Shown: positions 1 to 9,798 of the stretch, one piece after another | Layout: each line of letters starts with the position of its first letter | Position numbering within the stretch: position 1 is the first letter of the stretch | Source: Planctomycetota bacterium | Lineage (GTDB): Bacteria; Planctomycetota; PLA2; JAEUHO01 | Direction of reading: 5' to 3' | Assembly (NCBI GenBank): GCA_029259775.1 | Contig: JAJDEN010000020.1 | Span: 78,846-142,845 of the forward strand | DNA length: 64,000 nucleotides | Made by a program: the position numbers and the translations under genes | The notes under the pieces: generated by a model | What the model saw: only the letters and a program-made list of their open reading frames with translations | Database searches by the model: none | Told to the model about the DNA's origin: nothing

Positions 1-620
1 AGTTCGAAGCCCAGGAAGAGGCGACGCGCGTCATCATCGTGCTGTCGGCGCTTTCCCTGCTCGTCATGTTTCTCGTGCTCTTCGCGCACTTCCGCTCGGT
101 CAACCTGTCGCTGCAGGTGTTGCTGAACATCCCCGCCGCGTTCCTCGGCGCGGTCGCCATGATCGTGCTCACGGGCCAGACGATGTCGGTAGCGACCCTG
201 GTCGGCCTCGTGGCGCTCGGCGGCGTCGCATCGCGCAACGGCATCCTGCTCATCGACCACTACCTGCATCTCATGCGCGACGAGGGCCTGCCGTTCGGCG
301 ACGACATGATCGTGCAGGCGGGCCGCGAGCGCATCGTGCCCGTCCTGATGACGGCGCTCACCAGCGGCATCGCGCTGCTGCCTCTCGTGCTCGCTCCCGG
401 CCAACCCGGGCGCGAGCTTCTCTACCCCGTGGCCACCGCCATTGTCGGCGGTCTCATCTCGAGCACGCTCCTGGACGTCTTGTTGACGCCCGGGGTGTTC
501 AAGATCTTCGGCCGCGCCGCGGCTGAGGCCCACATGGAGCGCTACGATCAGGACCTGATCGAGAGCGCGCAAACCACCCTGACGTTCGACGATCCCAGAA
601 CCGAGGAGTCCCCCTCATGA
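1..620 (+). CDS. CusA/CzcA-family heavy-metal RND efflux permease, C-terminal part (5' truncated by window edge)
   Basis: TM helices with RND motifs GVASRNGILLI and ERIVPVLMTALTSGIALLPL...PVATAIVGGLISSTLL; frame is open to the window start. Confidence 0.9.
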   Translation, partial: FEAQEEATRVIIVLSALSLLVMFLVLFAHFRSVNLSLQVLLNIPAAFLGAVAMIVLTGQTMSVATLVGLVALGGVASRNGILLIDHYLHLMRDEGLPFGDDMIVQAGRERIVPVLMTALTSGIALLPLVLAPGQPGRELLYPVATAIVGGLISSTLLDVLLTPGVFKIFGRAAAEAHMERYDQDLIESAQTTLTFDDPRTEESPS

Positions 621-1633
621 GCCGCTTCCTGAAGCTTCTTCCCCTCTTCCTCCTATGTTTCGCCCTCGCTGCCTGCGGCGACAAGGCGCCCTCCGGCGAC
701 GCCGACGAGCACGCCGAGGACCATGACGAGCACGATCACAGCGGCCAGCACGGCGGCACGGTCGTCGAGTCGAGCGATCACGGCGCGCATTTCGAGATCG
801 TCCACGACGAGGACGCCGGTCTCGTCAAGCTCTACCTCTACGACGGCGACATGAAGCCCGTCACGACCGACGTCGCGCCGGTGCTGAACGTGTCGCTCGA
901 CGCCGGTCCCGTCCAGATCAAGGGCCAGAGCCCCGGCGGCGCCAAGGTCGCCTCGGAGTGGCACTTCACCGACAAGGCCCTCATCGGGCACGTGCACGAG
1001 GCGCGCTTCCGCGTCTCGGTGATGAACCGGACCTACACGCCGGAGTTCCCCCATGAGGATCACGATGGCGACGAGCATGACGACGACGATGGCCATGAGC
1101 ATGACGCCGACCACAAGCACAAGGGCGGCGACGGCCACAAGCACGACGACGACCATGGCCACGAGCATGACGACGATGGCCACGAGAAGGACGGCCACGA
1201 GCACGACCACGCCCACGAAGGCCCGCACCACGGCATGGTCCACGAGCTGTTCATGGGCACGACGGAGGTCGGCCACATCGAGTTGAAGCTGCACGACGAC
1301 AAGGGCGATCTCGAGCTTTGGATCGCCAGCGACGAGGCCATGAAGAAGCCCATGGACCTCGGCATGGACGCCAAGGTCACGGTCACCTTCACCGCCCCCC
1401 GGAAGAAGAGCGTCACCCTGACCGTGCGCAACCAGGTCAAGAACGAGGACGAGGACGGCACCGGCAACGTGCGCAACGGCAAGACGAACTACTTCATCTT
1501 CCCGGGCAGCAGCGGCGAGGATGCGACCTGGCTCCAGGGCAAGGCCTTCAAGGGCACCGTCACGGTGTCATTCAAGACCGCCAAGGGCACCTACGCGACG
1601 AAGGCGTTCGAGCTCAAGCCGCACAGCCATTAG
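617..1633 (+). CDS. His/Asp-rich lipoprotein, putative periplasmic metal-binding partner of the RND pump
   Basis: Lipobox ALAAC; long HD/HE repeats; two related domains beginning GQHGG and GPHHG; ATGA overlap with the RND gene. Confidence 0.8.
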   Translation: MSRFLKLLPLFLLCFALAACGDKAPSGDADEHAEDHDEHDHSGQHGGTVVESSDHGAHFEIVHDEDAGLVKLYLYDGDMKPVTTDVAPVLNVSLDAGPVQIKGQSPGGAKVASEWHFTDKALIGHVHEARFRVSVMNRTYTPEFPHEDHDGDEHDDDDGHEHDADHKHKGGDGHKHDDDHGHEHDDDGHEKDGHEHDHAHEGPHHGMVHELFMGTTEVGHIELKLHDDKGDLELWIASDEAMKKPMDLGMDAKVTVTFTAPRKKSVTLTVRNQVKNEDEDGTGNVRNGKTNYFIFPGSSGEDATWLQGKAFKGTVTVSFKTAKGTYATKAFELKPHSH

Positions 1634-1723
1634 CAGCGGGCGACCGTCAGGGTTTCGTGTAGCGGCCGGCGAAGAGGATGCTCTTCGTCGGCCGGTGCCG
1701 GATCACGAAGGCGAACGGCAGGT

Positions 1724-2257
1724 CTACCTGCCGGCAGCCTTCAGGCGGTCCTTCCAGCGCTCGAGCACGGCCATGTTGTGCCGGTCGACCTCGTTGGCCG
1801 CGCCGACGCCTCCCATGGTCCCCAGCTGCTTCTCCATGGCGTCGATCTGTTTGTCGAGCATGGCCTTCATCTGCGGGTTCGTCTCGGCGTCGCGACGCGT
1901 CTTCATCTTCTCGAGCGACTCCTTCATCTTGGGCGCGGCATCCGCGAAGCCGGTCCGGACGGTGCTCGTGCCGATGATCTGCGAGATCTGGACGTACTCC
2001 ATCGCGTTGAAGCGGTACTTGGCGTACAGGGCGGCCGACGGCTTGTCCGCACCCTTCAGTTCCTGGATGAGGTCGACGTAGCGCTGCATCATGTCGTCGG
2101 TCAGCTTGACCTTGCCGCCCGCGGTCATCATGTCCTTCCAGGCGTCGGAATGCGTCGGGCCGGGTACGCCTCCCGGAAGACCGCTGATGGACGACGAGTC
2201 ATCTCCACAGCCGGCGAGGACGACGCAAGCGACGAGGGCGAACAGCAACTGCTTCAC
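1724..2257 (-). CDS. hypothetical lipoprotein
   Basis: GTG at 2257 preceded by GGAAGGAG; lipobox VLAGC; helical C-terminus. Confidence 0.7.
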   Translation of the reverse strand: MKQLLFALVACVVLAGCGDDSSSISGLPGGVPGPTHSDAWKDMMTAGGKVKLTDDMMQRYVDLIQELKGADKPSAALYAKYRFNAMEYVQISQIIGTSTVRTGFADAAPKMKESLEKMKTRRDAETNPQMKAMLDKQIDAMEKQLGTMGGVGAANEVDRHNMAVLERWKDRLKAAGR

Positions 2258-2279
2258 GGGGAACTCCTTCCAATCGGGG

Positions 2280-2873
2280 TCACATCTTGTAGCCCATGTC
2301 GCCGTGCTGCGCGAGTCGCTCTTCGTAGAAGCCCTCGGGGACATCGGGCAGGCCCGCGCCGTCCAGCCAGCGGTTGAAGAAGTTGAAGATCGCAGCGACC
2401 GTCAAGGCGTCGAAGAGCGCGTGGTCGCTCCAGCCTTCCTCCTTGGCGGCGTCGACGTGCGCTTGCGACGTCTTCGCGGGCTCGTCGTTGACGATCGCGA
2501 CGTAGCGCAGCAACGCCTTGTCCTTCTCCGGGAGATCCGAGTCCTCGAAGTCGTGGCACACGGCGTCGACCAGTGCCTTGTCTTCGAGGAGGTGGGCCGC
2601 GACCGCGGCGTGGGCTGAGGTTCAGAACACGCAGTGGTTGCGCGCCGAGACGAAGGCTGCGATCAGCTCACGCTGTCCCGCCGAGAGATCCGAGGGGCCG
2701 CGCATCACTTCGTCCATGAAGTTGCAGAGGTGCGGCGTTGCCTCGGGCCGTCCCGCGAAGAGGTAGTAGATGCCCGGCGGCTCGACGCCCTGCTTGCGGC
2801 TCGCCTCGATGACACGGCCGAAGCGGCCGGTCGCCTCGCCGCGCTTGGCGTCCAACAAGTCCTTCAGGAACAT
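2280..2873 (-). CDS. AhpD/carboxymuconolactone decarboxylase-like peroxidase, probable selenoprotein (CxxU, TGA at 2624-2622)
   Basis: ORFs 2622..2975 and 2280..2561 are in one frame; read-through gives RELIAAFVSARNHCVF-U-TSAH, the AhpD CxxCxxxH motif; SECIS-like hairpin follows; RBS GGGAGG before ATG 2873. Confidence 0.85.
2596..2609 (-). promoter_or_regulatory. bacterial SECIS-like hairpin
   Basis: GCCGC-GGTC-GCGGC; loop begins 18 nt after the in-frame TGA and starts with G. Confidence 0.7.
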
Positions 2874-2976
2874 GATCCGGCCTCCCAGGGGTGATGGACG
2901 ACATCCTAGGGCGCAGGAAGCGGCCATGGGCAGGCTAGAGTGGGAACGGCCACGTGAGACCGGGAGGCGACCCACG

Positions 2977-3708
2977 ATGAAGCTCTACCTATGCCTGCTG
3001 GCCGTCGGCGCACTCACCTTGGGCGGCTGCTGCTGCGGCGCCGAGACCACGGCACGTCAAGCGGGACCCGCGGCCGATGCGCGCCAGGTGTTCATCTCCA
3101 TGACCTCCGTGCGCGTGCCCGAAGCCGGGGTCGCCGCGGAGATCGGCAAAGACGCCTCCGGCAAGGCCCGCAGGCTCACGCAGGACGAGGCCGAAGCCAT
3201 GATCGCGCGCTGGCACGCGAGCGACACGGCGCTCGTCGTCTCGGCACCCAAGATCCTCGCCCTCCACGGGCAGGCCGCGACGATCTTCGTCGGCGAGTCC
3301 ATCCGCTTTGCGCGAAGCGAGGCGGTCACGAACGAGAAGGGCGGCTTGGACTTCCGCATCGAGAACGACGACCGGGCCGTCAATCTCGGCGAGCAGATGC
3401 GCGTCACCCCGGTGGTCAGCCAGGACGCGAAGACGCTCACGCTGGACCTCGACGCGACGTGGCGCGAGCAGAAGAACACGTACGACATCGAACAGGTCTC
3501 GCGCATGGGTGCGACGGCCTTCGAGCGCGATGGCGTCAACACGTGGGCCATCAGGCGTGCCTTCCGCATGCCGGTCGGCGCCTACGTTCTCCTGGGCAAC
3601 GCTGAGATGGTCGACGGCAACAACGGCCCCAGCCGGCAGTTCGTGATCCTGCACGCGCGCGTCGTCACGCCTGATGAGGCGATCGGCACCAAAGTCGGCG
3701 ACAGCTAG
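2977..3708 (+). CDS. short lipoprotein with partial secretin (type II/III secretion) C-domain similarity
   Basis: Lipobox TLGGC; motifs VSAPKILALHGQAATIFVGE and MRVTPVVSQD resemble secretin beta-strands; RBS GGGAGG. Confidence 0.55.
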   Translation: MKLYLCLLAVGALTLGGCCCGAETTARQAGPAADARQVFISMTSVRVPEAGVAAEIGKDASGKARRLTQDEAEAMIARWHASDTALVVSAPKILALHGQAATIFVGESIRFARSEAVTNEKGGLDFRIENDDRAVNLGEQMRVTPVVSQDAKTLTLDLDATWREQKNTYDIEQVSRMGATAFERDGVNTWAIRRAFRMPVGAYVLLGNAEMVDGNNGPSRQFVILHARVVTPDEAIGTKVGDS

Positions 3709-3874
3709 CGCCGCCTACTTGGCACTCACGGGATCGATCCACGGCGCCTTGCGTGGGTTCTTGTGGGAGCGGAACCAGCGGTCCAGGCGCAGCAGGCTGT
3801 CCAACGGCTTGCCTTGCGCGTCCACGGGGATGCCGACTTGCGCTTCGACCTTGCTGGCCGCATCCTCGCCGCAC

Positions 3875-6800
3875 ATGCGCATCCTCCCCGTCATCACGCT
3901 GCTCGTAGCCCTCCTCCTCGCACCCGCCTGGGCCAAGGACGAGGCGCCGGGGACCAACCTGCTCGCGAACGGATCCTTCGAGCAGGTCGTGCCTGGCACG
4001 CCACCCAAGGACGCGGGCCACGGCGCGTGGGTGCTCGGCGGCGACACGTTGATCCCCGGCGGCTGGAACCTGAACGTCAGCTACCCCGGCACGCTCACCG
4101 TCGGGCAGGACAAGCCGGCCGAGGGCTCCAACGCCATCCGCCTGGAGGCGGGCGCCAAGCGCGACGCACAGATGTTTCACCCGTGCCCGGCCATGCGACC
4201 CGGCACGTGGTACCGGGTGAGCATGCGCGTGCGCGGCGGCACGGCAACGCTGCTCACCTACGAGTACACCAAGGGCGGCAACCCGCATGCCTCCACGCTC
4301 GCCAGCGGGACCGCGTCGCCGGAGGCGTGGCGAACCGTGACCGGCTTCTACACACCGCAGAGCGCGGCCTTCCTGAGCGCGTCCGTGACGCTGCTCGTCC
4401 CGCGCGGCGGCGCCGCCTGGATCGATGACGTGCAGGTCCACGAGATGGGAGGGCCTGCCGCAGGTCCCAAGGCGCGCCCCATCCAACTGTCGACCAAGGC
4501 CTGCCAGCTGCTGATCTCCGGCGCCGGCCAGCTGCAGTCGCTGACGCTCACGGGCACGAAAGACAACCGCGTCGAGGCGCGGCACGGCGCCCCCGTGCTG
4601 GTGGCGACGGTAGGCGGTGTCCGCATGCCCGTCAGCACGCTCACGAAGAAGGGCAGCACCTACGTCGCCCGCTTCCCCGATCCGACCATCCGCGTGAAGC
4701 TGCGTATCAAGCCGATGGGGCGCTACCTGCGCTTCGAGGTCCTGGAGGCCAAGCCGAAGAGCCTGGAGTCGCTGGCCCTCCGGTTTCCCGTGCGCGGCTA
4801 CCGGACTCGAGACAGTTGGATGCCGGGCACCTACGGGGACGACGGCGGCATCACACTCATGGGCGTCAGCCCGAACACGCAGACACGCCTGGCGCGGCAT
4901 GGAAGCGCGGTCGTGCCGGAGGCCCGCTGGTACCGGGAGCAGGGGATCCGCGGCGGGGTCGCGGCGTTGATCGCGACGCCCGACAAGGACTTCCTCCCGA
5001 CGATCCGTCAGATGGAACTCGACACGGGCCTGCCTTCTCCCGTGCTGCGCTCCGACCACGCGAGCACGACAGGCACAGCGGACTGGGCGCGCGTCTCCCC
5101 CGCCATCAAGCAGAGCTATCTCTTTGCGACCCACCTGGGCTTTGGCGACATCGACAAGCTGATCCAGTACGCGAAGGTCGCGGGCCTCGGCCTGATCATG
5201 CTGCATCGCAAGTCCTGGCGTGCCTCCGGCGGTCACGAGACGATCGCGCGAACAGCCTTCCCGGACGGTCTCCCGACCCTGCAGGCGGTATGCAAGCGCA
5301 TTCACGCCGCCGGCCTCGGCGTTGGCTTGCACCTCTACGGACCGGCCGTCGCGACCCACGATGCCTACGTCACGCCGGTGCCGGACAAGCGGCTCTTCGC
5401 CTACGAGGTCACGAAGCTGGCCGCACCCGCCGGGGCCGACGCCACCGAGCTCCGCGTCGCGTCGCTGCCGCCGCTCCCGCGCCAAGGCGCGGCCGACCTC
5501 CATCCAGGCAACCTGCTGCGCCTCGGCGATGAGATCATCCGTTGGACGAAGATCGTGCCGGGAACCCCCGTGCGGATCACGGGCTGCGAGCGCGGCGCGC
5601 TCGGCACGAAGGCCGTCGCGCATCGCAAGAACGCCTCGGTCCGAGCGCTGGTCCTGCGCAACGGCGGGCTGCTCGTCGATCCCGACAGCACGTTGCCCGA
5701 CGAGATGGGCACGCACCTGGCCCGCGTCGTCAACGCCTGCCAAGCGGACCTCGTCTACTTCGACGCCTGCGCCGCGGCGGCGCCCGGCCACAAGCCGGAG
5801 AACTGGTACTACCTCAACAAGGTGCTGCTCGCGAGCTGCGCGAAGTTCGATCATGGCGTGCTCGTGCAGACCGGCATGGGCCCGGGCCGCCAGCTCGCAT
5901 GGCACCTCGTGCCCCGCAGCGCGAGCGCGGACGGTCACGGCGACCTGAAGCACTACCTGGACCAGCGCACGGCGGGCATCCTCCAGATGCGCCGTACGCA
6001 CACGGCGGCCGACATCGGGTGGTACGCCCTGGACATCCACGGGCGGCCGGACGAGCTCGAGTACGTCTGCGCGAAGGCCCTCGCGCTCGACGGCTCCATC
6101 TCGGTGCAGGGCTACAAGGGCCTCCTCGAGTCCCATCCGCGCGCGCGCGAAGTCTTCGAGATGATCGGGAGCTGGGAGCGCCGCAGGAGGGCCGGCGACG
6201 TGCCCGAGAAGATGAAGGCGCTGATCCGCGCCAAGGGCCGTGACGTGCACCTCGTGGAGACCGACGACGCGTGGAGCCTATGGGAGGCCAGCTACGAAGA
6301 CGCGCGCCCGATCCGCCTGATGGACGGCAAGGCCAACCTCTGGAAGGTGACGAACGACCGCAAGCAGGAGGTCACGCTCAGCGTCGAGATCGAGCGCATC
6401 GTCGTCGCCGCGACGCCGGCCGACCACCGCGGGGCGGGCTCCGTGAGCATCGATCCGTTCGCCGAAGCCGGTGGATTCAAGCTGCGCGACGACGAGGCCC
6501 TCAGCCCGTACATCCTCCTCGGAGGCCGCGCCGATCAGGCCGACGGCTTCGCCCGCCGTGGGGTGAAGACCGCGCTGAAGGAGGTGCAGGACGCAGCCGT
6601 GGGCGGCAAGGCGCTCTCCTTCACAGTCGCCAGCTCCATCGGCGGCGCCGGCTGGGGTGGCGCGGGGAAGACCTTCGCCACGCCTCTCGATCTCTCGGCA
6701 GCGAAGTCGATTGGGCTGTGGGTGCACGGCGACGGGCATGGCGCGTCGTGCACGGTCACGCTCGCGGACACGAAGGGCTCACGCGCGCGCTTCACGACGA

Positions 6801-7243
6801 CGCTCGACTACACAGGCTGGCGCTTCCAGAGCTTCGCGCGCAAGGGCCCGAAGGCGCTCGCATGGAACAGCATCGCGCACCTGATCCTCGAGATCGGCCA
6901 CGTCCCGCCGAAGGCCTCGATCACCGCGCGCGTCGCCGCACTGCGCGCGATGCCGACGCTGCACAAGCCGAAGCCGATGCCGGGCGTGACGATCGTCGTG
7001 GGTCGCCGCGAGGTGGACCTGGGCGCGCCCCTGGCTCCCGGGCAGTGCCTCACGATCGACGCGATCGGCCGAGGCGTGTTCTGGCCGGGCGGCATGCAGC
7101 CCGGCTCCGAGCACATGATCGCCGGCGGTCCCCTGCGGGTGGCGCCTGGTGCGAACACGGTGGGCCTCAAGCTCAAGGATCCGAGCGGCTACGCCGGGGA
7201 TCTACGCCTCCGTGTGTGCCGGACGTGGCCGCTGATGCCCTAG
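3875..7243 (+). CDS. large secreted multidomain protein (CBM-like N- and C-terminal domains, possible glycoside-hydrolase-like barrel)
   Basis: Signal peptide MRILPVITLLVALLLAPAWA; NLLANGSFE (CBM4/9-like); FPDGLPTLQAVCKRIHAAGLGVGLH and DLVYFD (GH27/36-like); DLSAAKSIGLWVHGDG...LDYTGWR (CBM11-like). Confidence 0.6.
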   Translation: MRILPVITLLVALLLAPAWAKDEAPGTNLLANGSFEQVVPGTPPKDAGHGAWVLGGDTLIPGGWNLNVSYPGTLTVGQDKPAEGSNAIRLEAGAKRDAQMFHPCPAMRPGTWYRVSMRVRGGTATLLTYEYTKGGNPHASTLASGTASPEAWRTVTGFYTPQSAAFLSASVTLLVPRGGAAWIDDVQVHEMGGPAAGPKARPIQLSTKACQLLISGAGQLQSLTLTGTKDNRVEARHGAPVLVATVGGVRMPVSTLTKKGSTYVARFPDPTIRVKLRIKPMGRYLRFEVLEAKPKSLESLALRFPVRGYRTRDSWMPGTYGDDGGITLMGVSPNTQTRLARHGSAVVPEARWYREQGIRGGVAALIATPDKDFLPTIRQMELDTGLPSPVLRSDHASTTGTADWARVSPAIKQSYLFATHLGFGDIDKLIQYAKVAGLGLIMLHRKSWRASGGHETIARTAFPDGLPTLQAVCKRIHAAGLGVGLHLYGPAVATHDAYVTPVPDKRLFAYEVTKLAAPAGADATELRVASLPPLPRQGAADLHPGNLLRLGDEIIRWTKIVPGTPVRITGCERGALGTKAVAHRKNASVRALVLRNGGLLVDPDSTLPDEMGTHLARVVNACQADLVYFDACAAAAPGHKPENWYYLNKVLLASCAKFDHGVLVQTGMGPGRQLAWHLVPRSASADGHGDLKHYLDQRTAGILQMRRTHTAADIGWYALDIHGRPDELEYVCAKALALDGSISVQGYKGLLESHPRAREVFEMIGSWERRRRAGDVPEKMKALIRAKGRDVHLVETDDAWSLWEASYEDARPIRLMDGKANLWKVTNDRKQEVTLSVEIERIVVAATPADHRGAGSVSIDPFAEAGGFKLRDDEALSPYILLGGRADQADGFARRGVKTALKEVQDAAVGGKALSFTVASSIGGAGWGGAGKTFATPLDLSAAKSIGLWVHGDGHGASCTVTLADTKGSRARFTTTLDYTGWRFQSFARKGPKALAWNSIAHLILEIGHVPPKASITARVAALRAMPTLHKPKPMPGVTIVVGRREVDLGAPLAPGQCLTIDAIGRGVFWPGGMQPGSEHMIAGGPLRVAPGANTVGLKLKDPSGYAGDLRLRVCRTWPLMP

Positions 7244-7293
7244 ATGTGGCCGAGGGCTTCGGACGACGTGGGCGCGGGTACGATCACGGCGCG

Positions 7294-8916
7294 ATGCCGA
7301 TGCGATCACTGCTCTTGGCCCTCCTGACCCTGACCGCCTGCGGCGGAGCCGGCGCACCGCCGCAAGTTCCCCAGCCGGAGCCGTACGCTCTCGTCGCGCC
7401 GCCACCCAAGGACCCCGACCTCTTCGCATGCGAGCCCTTCAACTACGACGACACGCCCTACCCGAACGGCCTCAGCGGCCAGGAAGGCGGCTTCGGCTTC
7501 GCCCATCCCTGGAACGACGCCGACGGTGATGTCCAGGACCGCGTCATCGGCGGCAGCGCGCTGGGTGTGGCGAGCGACATGGCGCCGGCGTCCACCGGGG
7601 GCCGCTCGATCCACTGGGGCACAACGGGCACGGCCATCTTTCGCGATCTCGACCGGACCCACGGCGCCGACGGCACTACGGTCTGGGTCAGCTTCCGCTG
7701 GATCTGTACCGACGCGACGCCGACCGAGAGGCTTCAAGTAGTTGACTTCAACGACGCAGGTGGAGGCTTTGGCTGCCTCGTCGGGCAGCTCCGTGGCCTG
7801 GCCGACGACGATGCCGACGATGGGATGTACGAACTCGGGGATCACTCGAGCAGGGCGAGCGCGGACATCGCCGCGCGCGATCAGGCCGTGCACTTCGTGC
7901 TGCTGCGATTCAGTTACGGCGCGGCGGACGCCGATACGGTGTCGTGTTGGTGGGATCCGGTCTCGGCGTCGTTCGACGCAGGCCTGCCCGACGCAAGCAT
8001 CATGGCGTCGGATGCCTCCTTCAGCCGGGTCACCCTGCGTAGCGGCGCGGCCGACAGCCTCGACGAGCTCTACATCGGGGCGACGCTCGCCTCCGTCACG
8101 CAGCCGGCCGATCGCATGGCGGTCTACCGCGTCGGCAACAGCCTCACGTGGGACTCGCAGCCCGAGGGCATCGAAGCGCTCGCAGGGCAAGCCGGCTTCC
8201 TGCAAGACCAGGGCTTCCACATCAACTGCGGCAACACGCTCGAGAACATCTTCGCCGTGCCTGCGCAGGTCTGCATCCCCCCGGTGGTGGAGTACGGCAC
8301 GTGGGACGCCGCGCTGCCCGGTCGCACGTGGGACACCGTCACCTTCCAGCCGCACCCCGGAGGCACGTCAACCCTCAGCTCGGATGAGACCGCCATCCTG
8401 GGCATGATCGACCAGCTGCGCATGAACCCGCTGAACTCGGGAACGCGCGTTTACGTGTACGCGGCATGGCCTCCGCGCACAGACTTCTCCGCGACATGGA
8501 CGAGCGCTGTGATCGATGACGACGCGACGCCCACGGTTGCGGCGCAGGCCTACTTCGCGCACCTGATCAATCGCCTGCGGGCTGCGACGGACGCCAAGGT
8601 CTACCTCATCCCCGTCGGCGAGGTCCTGCACGACCTCGACCAGCGGCTGCTGGCCGGCGCCGTCCCGGGACTCACCAGCATCGCGCAGCTCTACCGCGAC
8701 GACGTGCACCTCACGCACGACCTCGGGCGATTCGTCGCCGGGCTCACGACCTACGCCACGCTCTACGCGTCGGATCCCGTGGGCCTCGTGAAACCGGAGC
8801 AGTGGTACGGCGCGTCGGCCGCGCCGTTCACACCGGCGTTCTACGCGGCCGTGCGCGCCGCAATCTGGACGGTCGTCGCGGGCCATGAGCACACGGGCGT
8901 GGCGGCGCCGATCTAG
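7294..8916 (+). CDS. lipoprotein with C-terminal SGNH/GDSL-like domain
   Basis: Lipobox TLTAC; VGNSLT, WDTVTFQ, LIPVGEV and YRDDVHL motifs. Confidence 0.65.
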   Translation: MPMRSLLLALLTLTACGGAGAPPQVPQPEPYALVAPPPKDPDLFACEPFNYDDTPYPNGLSGQEGGFGFAHPWNDADGDVQDRVIGGSALGVASDMAPASTGGRSIHWGTTGTAIFRDLDRTHGADGTTVWVSFRWICTDATPTERLQVVDFNDAGGGFGCLVGQLRGLADDDADDGMYELGDHSSRASADIAARDQAVHFVLLRFSYGAADADTVSCWWDPVSASFDAGLPDASIMASDASFSRVTLRSGAADSLDELYIGATLASVTQPADRMAVYRVGNSLTWDSQPEGIEALAGQAGFLQDQGFHINCGNTLENIFAVPAQVCIPPVVEYGTWDAALPGRTWDTVTFQPHPGGTSTLSSDETAILGMIDQLRMNPLNSGTRVYVYAAWPPRTDFSATWTSAVIDDDATPTVAAQAYFAHLINRLRAATDAKVYLIPVGEVLHDLDQRLLAGAVPGLTSIAQLYRDDVHLTHDLGRFVAGLTTYATLYASDPVGLVKPEQWYGASAAPFTPAFYAAVRAAIWTVVAGHEHTGVAAPI

Positions 8917-8918
8917 GC

Positions 8919-9242
8919 ATGTCCACGCCCCGACGCCTCAGCGACGAGGCCTTCAAGGCCACCTTCTCCTTCCGCATGACCGACGTGACGGCGGAGCCTG
9001 GCGACGTGATCGACATCGGGCCCTACGTCGCGTCGGTGCCGCCGGAGGACCTCGCCGGGCATGAGGTCCAAGACGGACTCGTTGCGCACGTCTACCGCGG
9101 CTCGCAGGGTCGCTACGACCACGTCCTCGTGATGACGCGCACGAGGGACGTGTTCCTGGCGATCGTCGTGGACCGTACCGATCGCCGCATCGAGGGCCAC
9201 CACCTCCTGGATCTGCCCGCGCTCTACGGCCTGCGCGAGTAG
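8919..9242 (+). CDS. hypothetical protein (107 aa)
   Basis: ATG 2 nt after upstream stop; typical codon usage; globular-looking sequence. Confidence 0.65.
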   Translation: MSTPRRLSDEAFKATFSFRMTDVTAEPGDVIDIGPYVASVPPEDLAGHEVQDGLVAHVYRGSQGRYDHVLVMTRTRDVFLAIVVDRTDRRIEGHHLLDLPALYGLRE

Positions 9243-9337
9243 CGCAGGTGCGCCGAGGCCGCTAGCGAGCCCGGTCCCGGACGATTGCGCTTCGTGCCCG
9301 GTCTCCGTACCGCGTGCCGGCGTAGGGCGACGGTGCG

Positions 9338-9685
9338 CTACCCCTGCAACGGGCGCACTTCGACCGGGCCTTCGCACGCGGCGGCCCCGCGCTTCGCCCA
9401 CTCGCGGGCGGCGTCGAGATCCGCCACCTCGATGATCCAGAAGCCCCCCATCTGTTCCGGGCACGGGGCGTAGGGGCCGTCCGCGATGGTCGCTTCGCCG
9501 TCGGTCGAACGCGCGACAGCTGCGGTTGACGCGGGCTGCAGCCCTCCTGCGAACAGCCACGCGCCTGCGGCCTGCAGGTCCGCGTTGAAGGCGCCGACCT
9601 GGGCGATCATGCGCTGCGCGTCGGGTGTGGAGAAGTCGACGTCATAGGCACCGTCGTGCCACACGGAGAGCAGGAACTGGGGCAT
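9338..9685 (-). CDS. YciI/DGPF-family protein
   Basis: FAGGLQPASTA...DGPY...EQMGGFWIIEVADLDAAREWA...VEVRP. Confidence 0.9.
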   Translation of the reverse strand: MPQFLLSVWHDGAYDVDFSTPDAQRMIAQVGAFNADLQAAGAWLFAGGLQPASTAAVARSTDGEATIADGPYAPCPEQMGGFWIIEVADLDAAREWAKRGAAACEGPVEVRPLQG

Positions 9686-9798
9686 CGCCTCAGTCTCGCG
9701 AGGAGGCGGCGCGCTGGCAACCCCGGAAACGTGCGTACCGAGGCCGGACCCTCGCCTTGTGCCTGGTTCCTTCCTAGGCTCCGGAGGGAGGCATCGAC

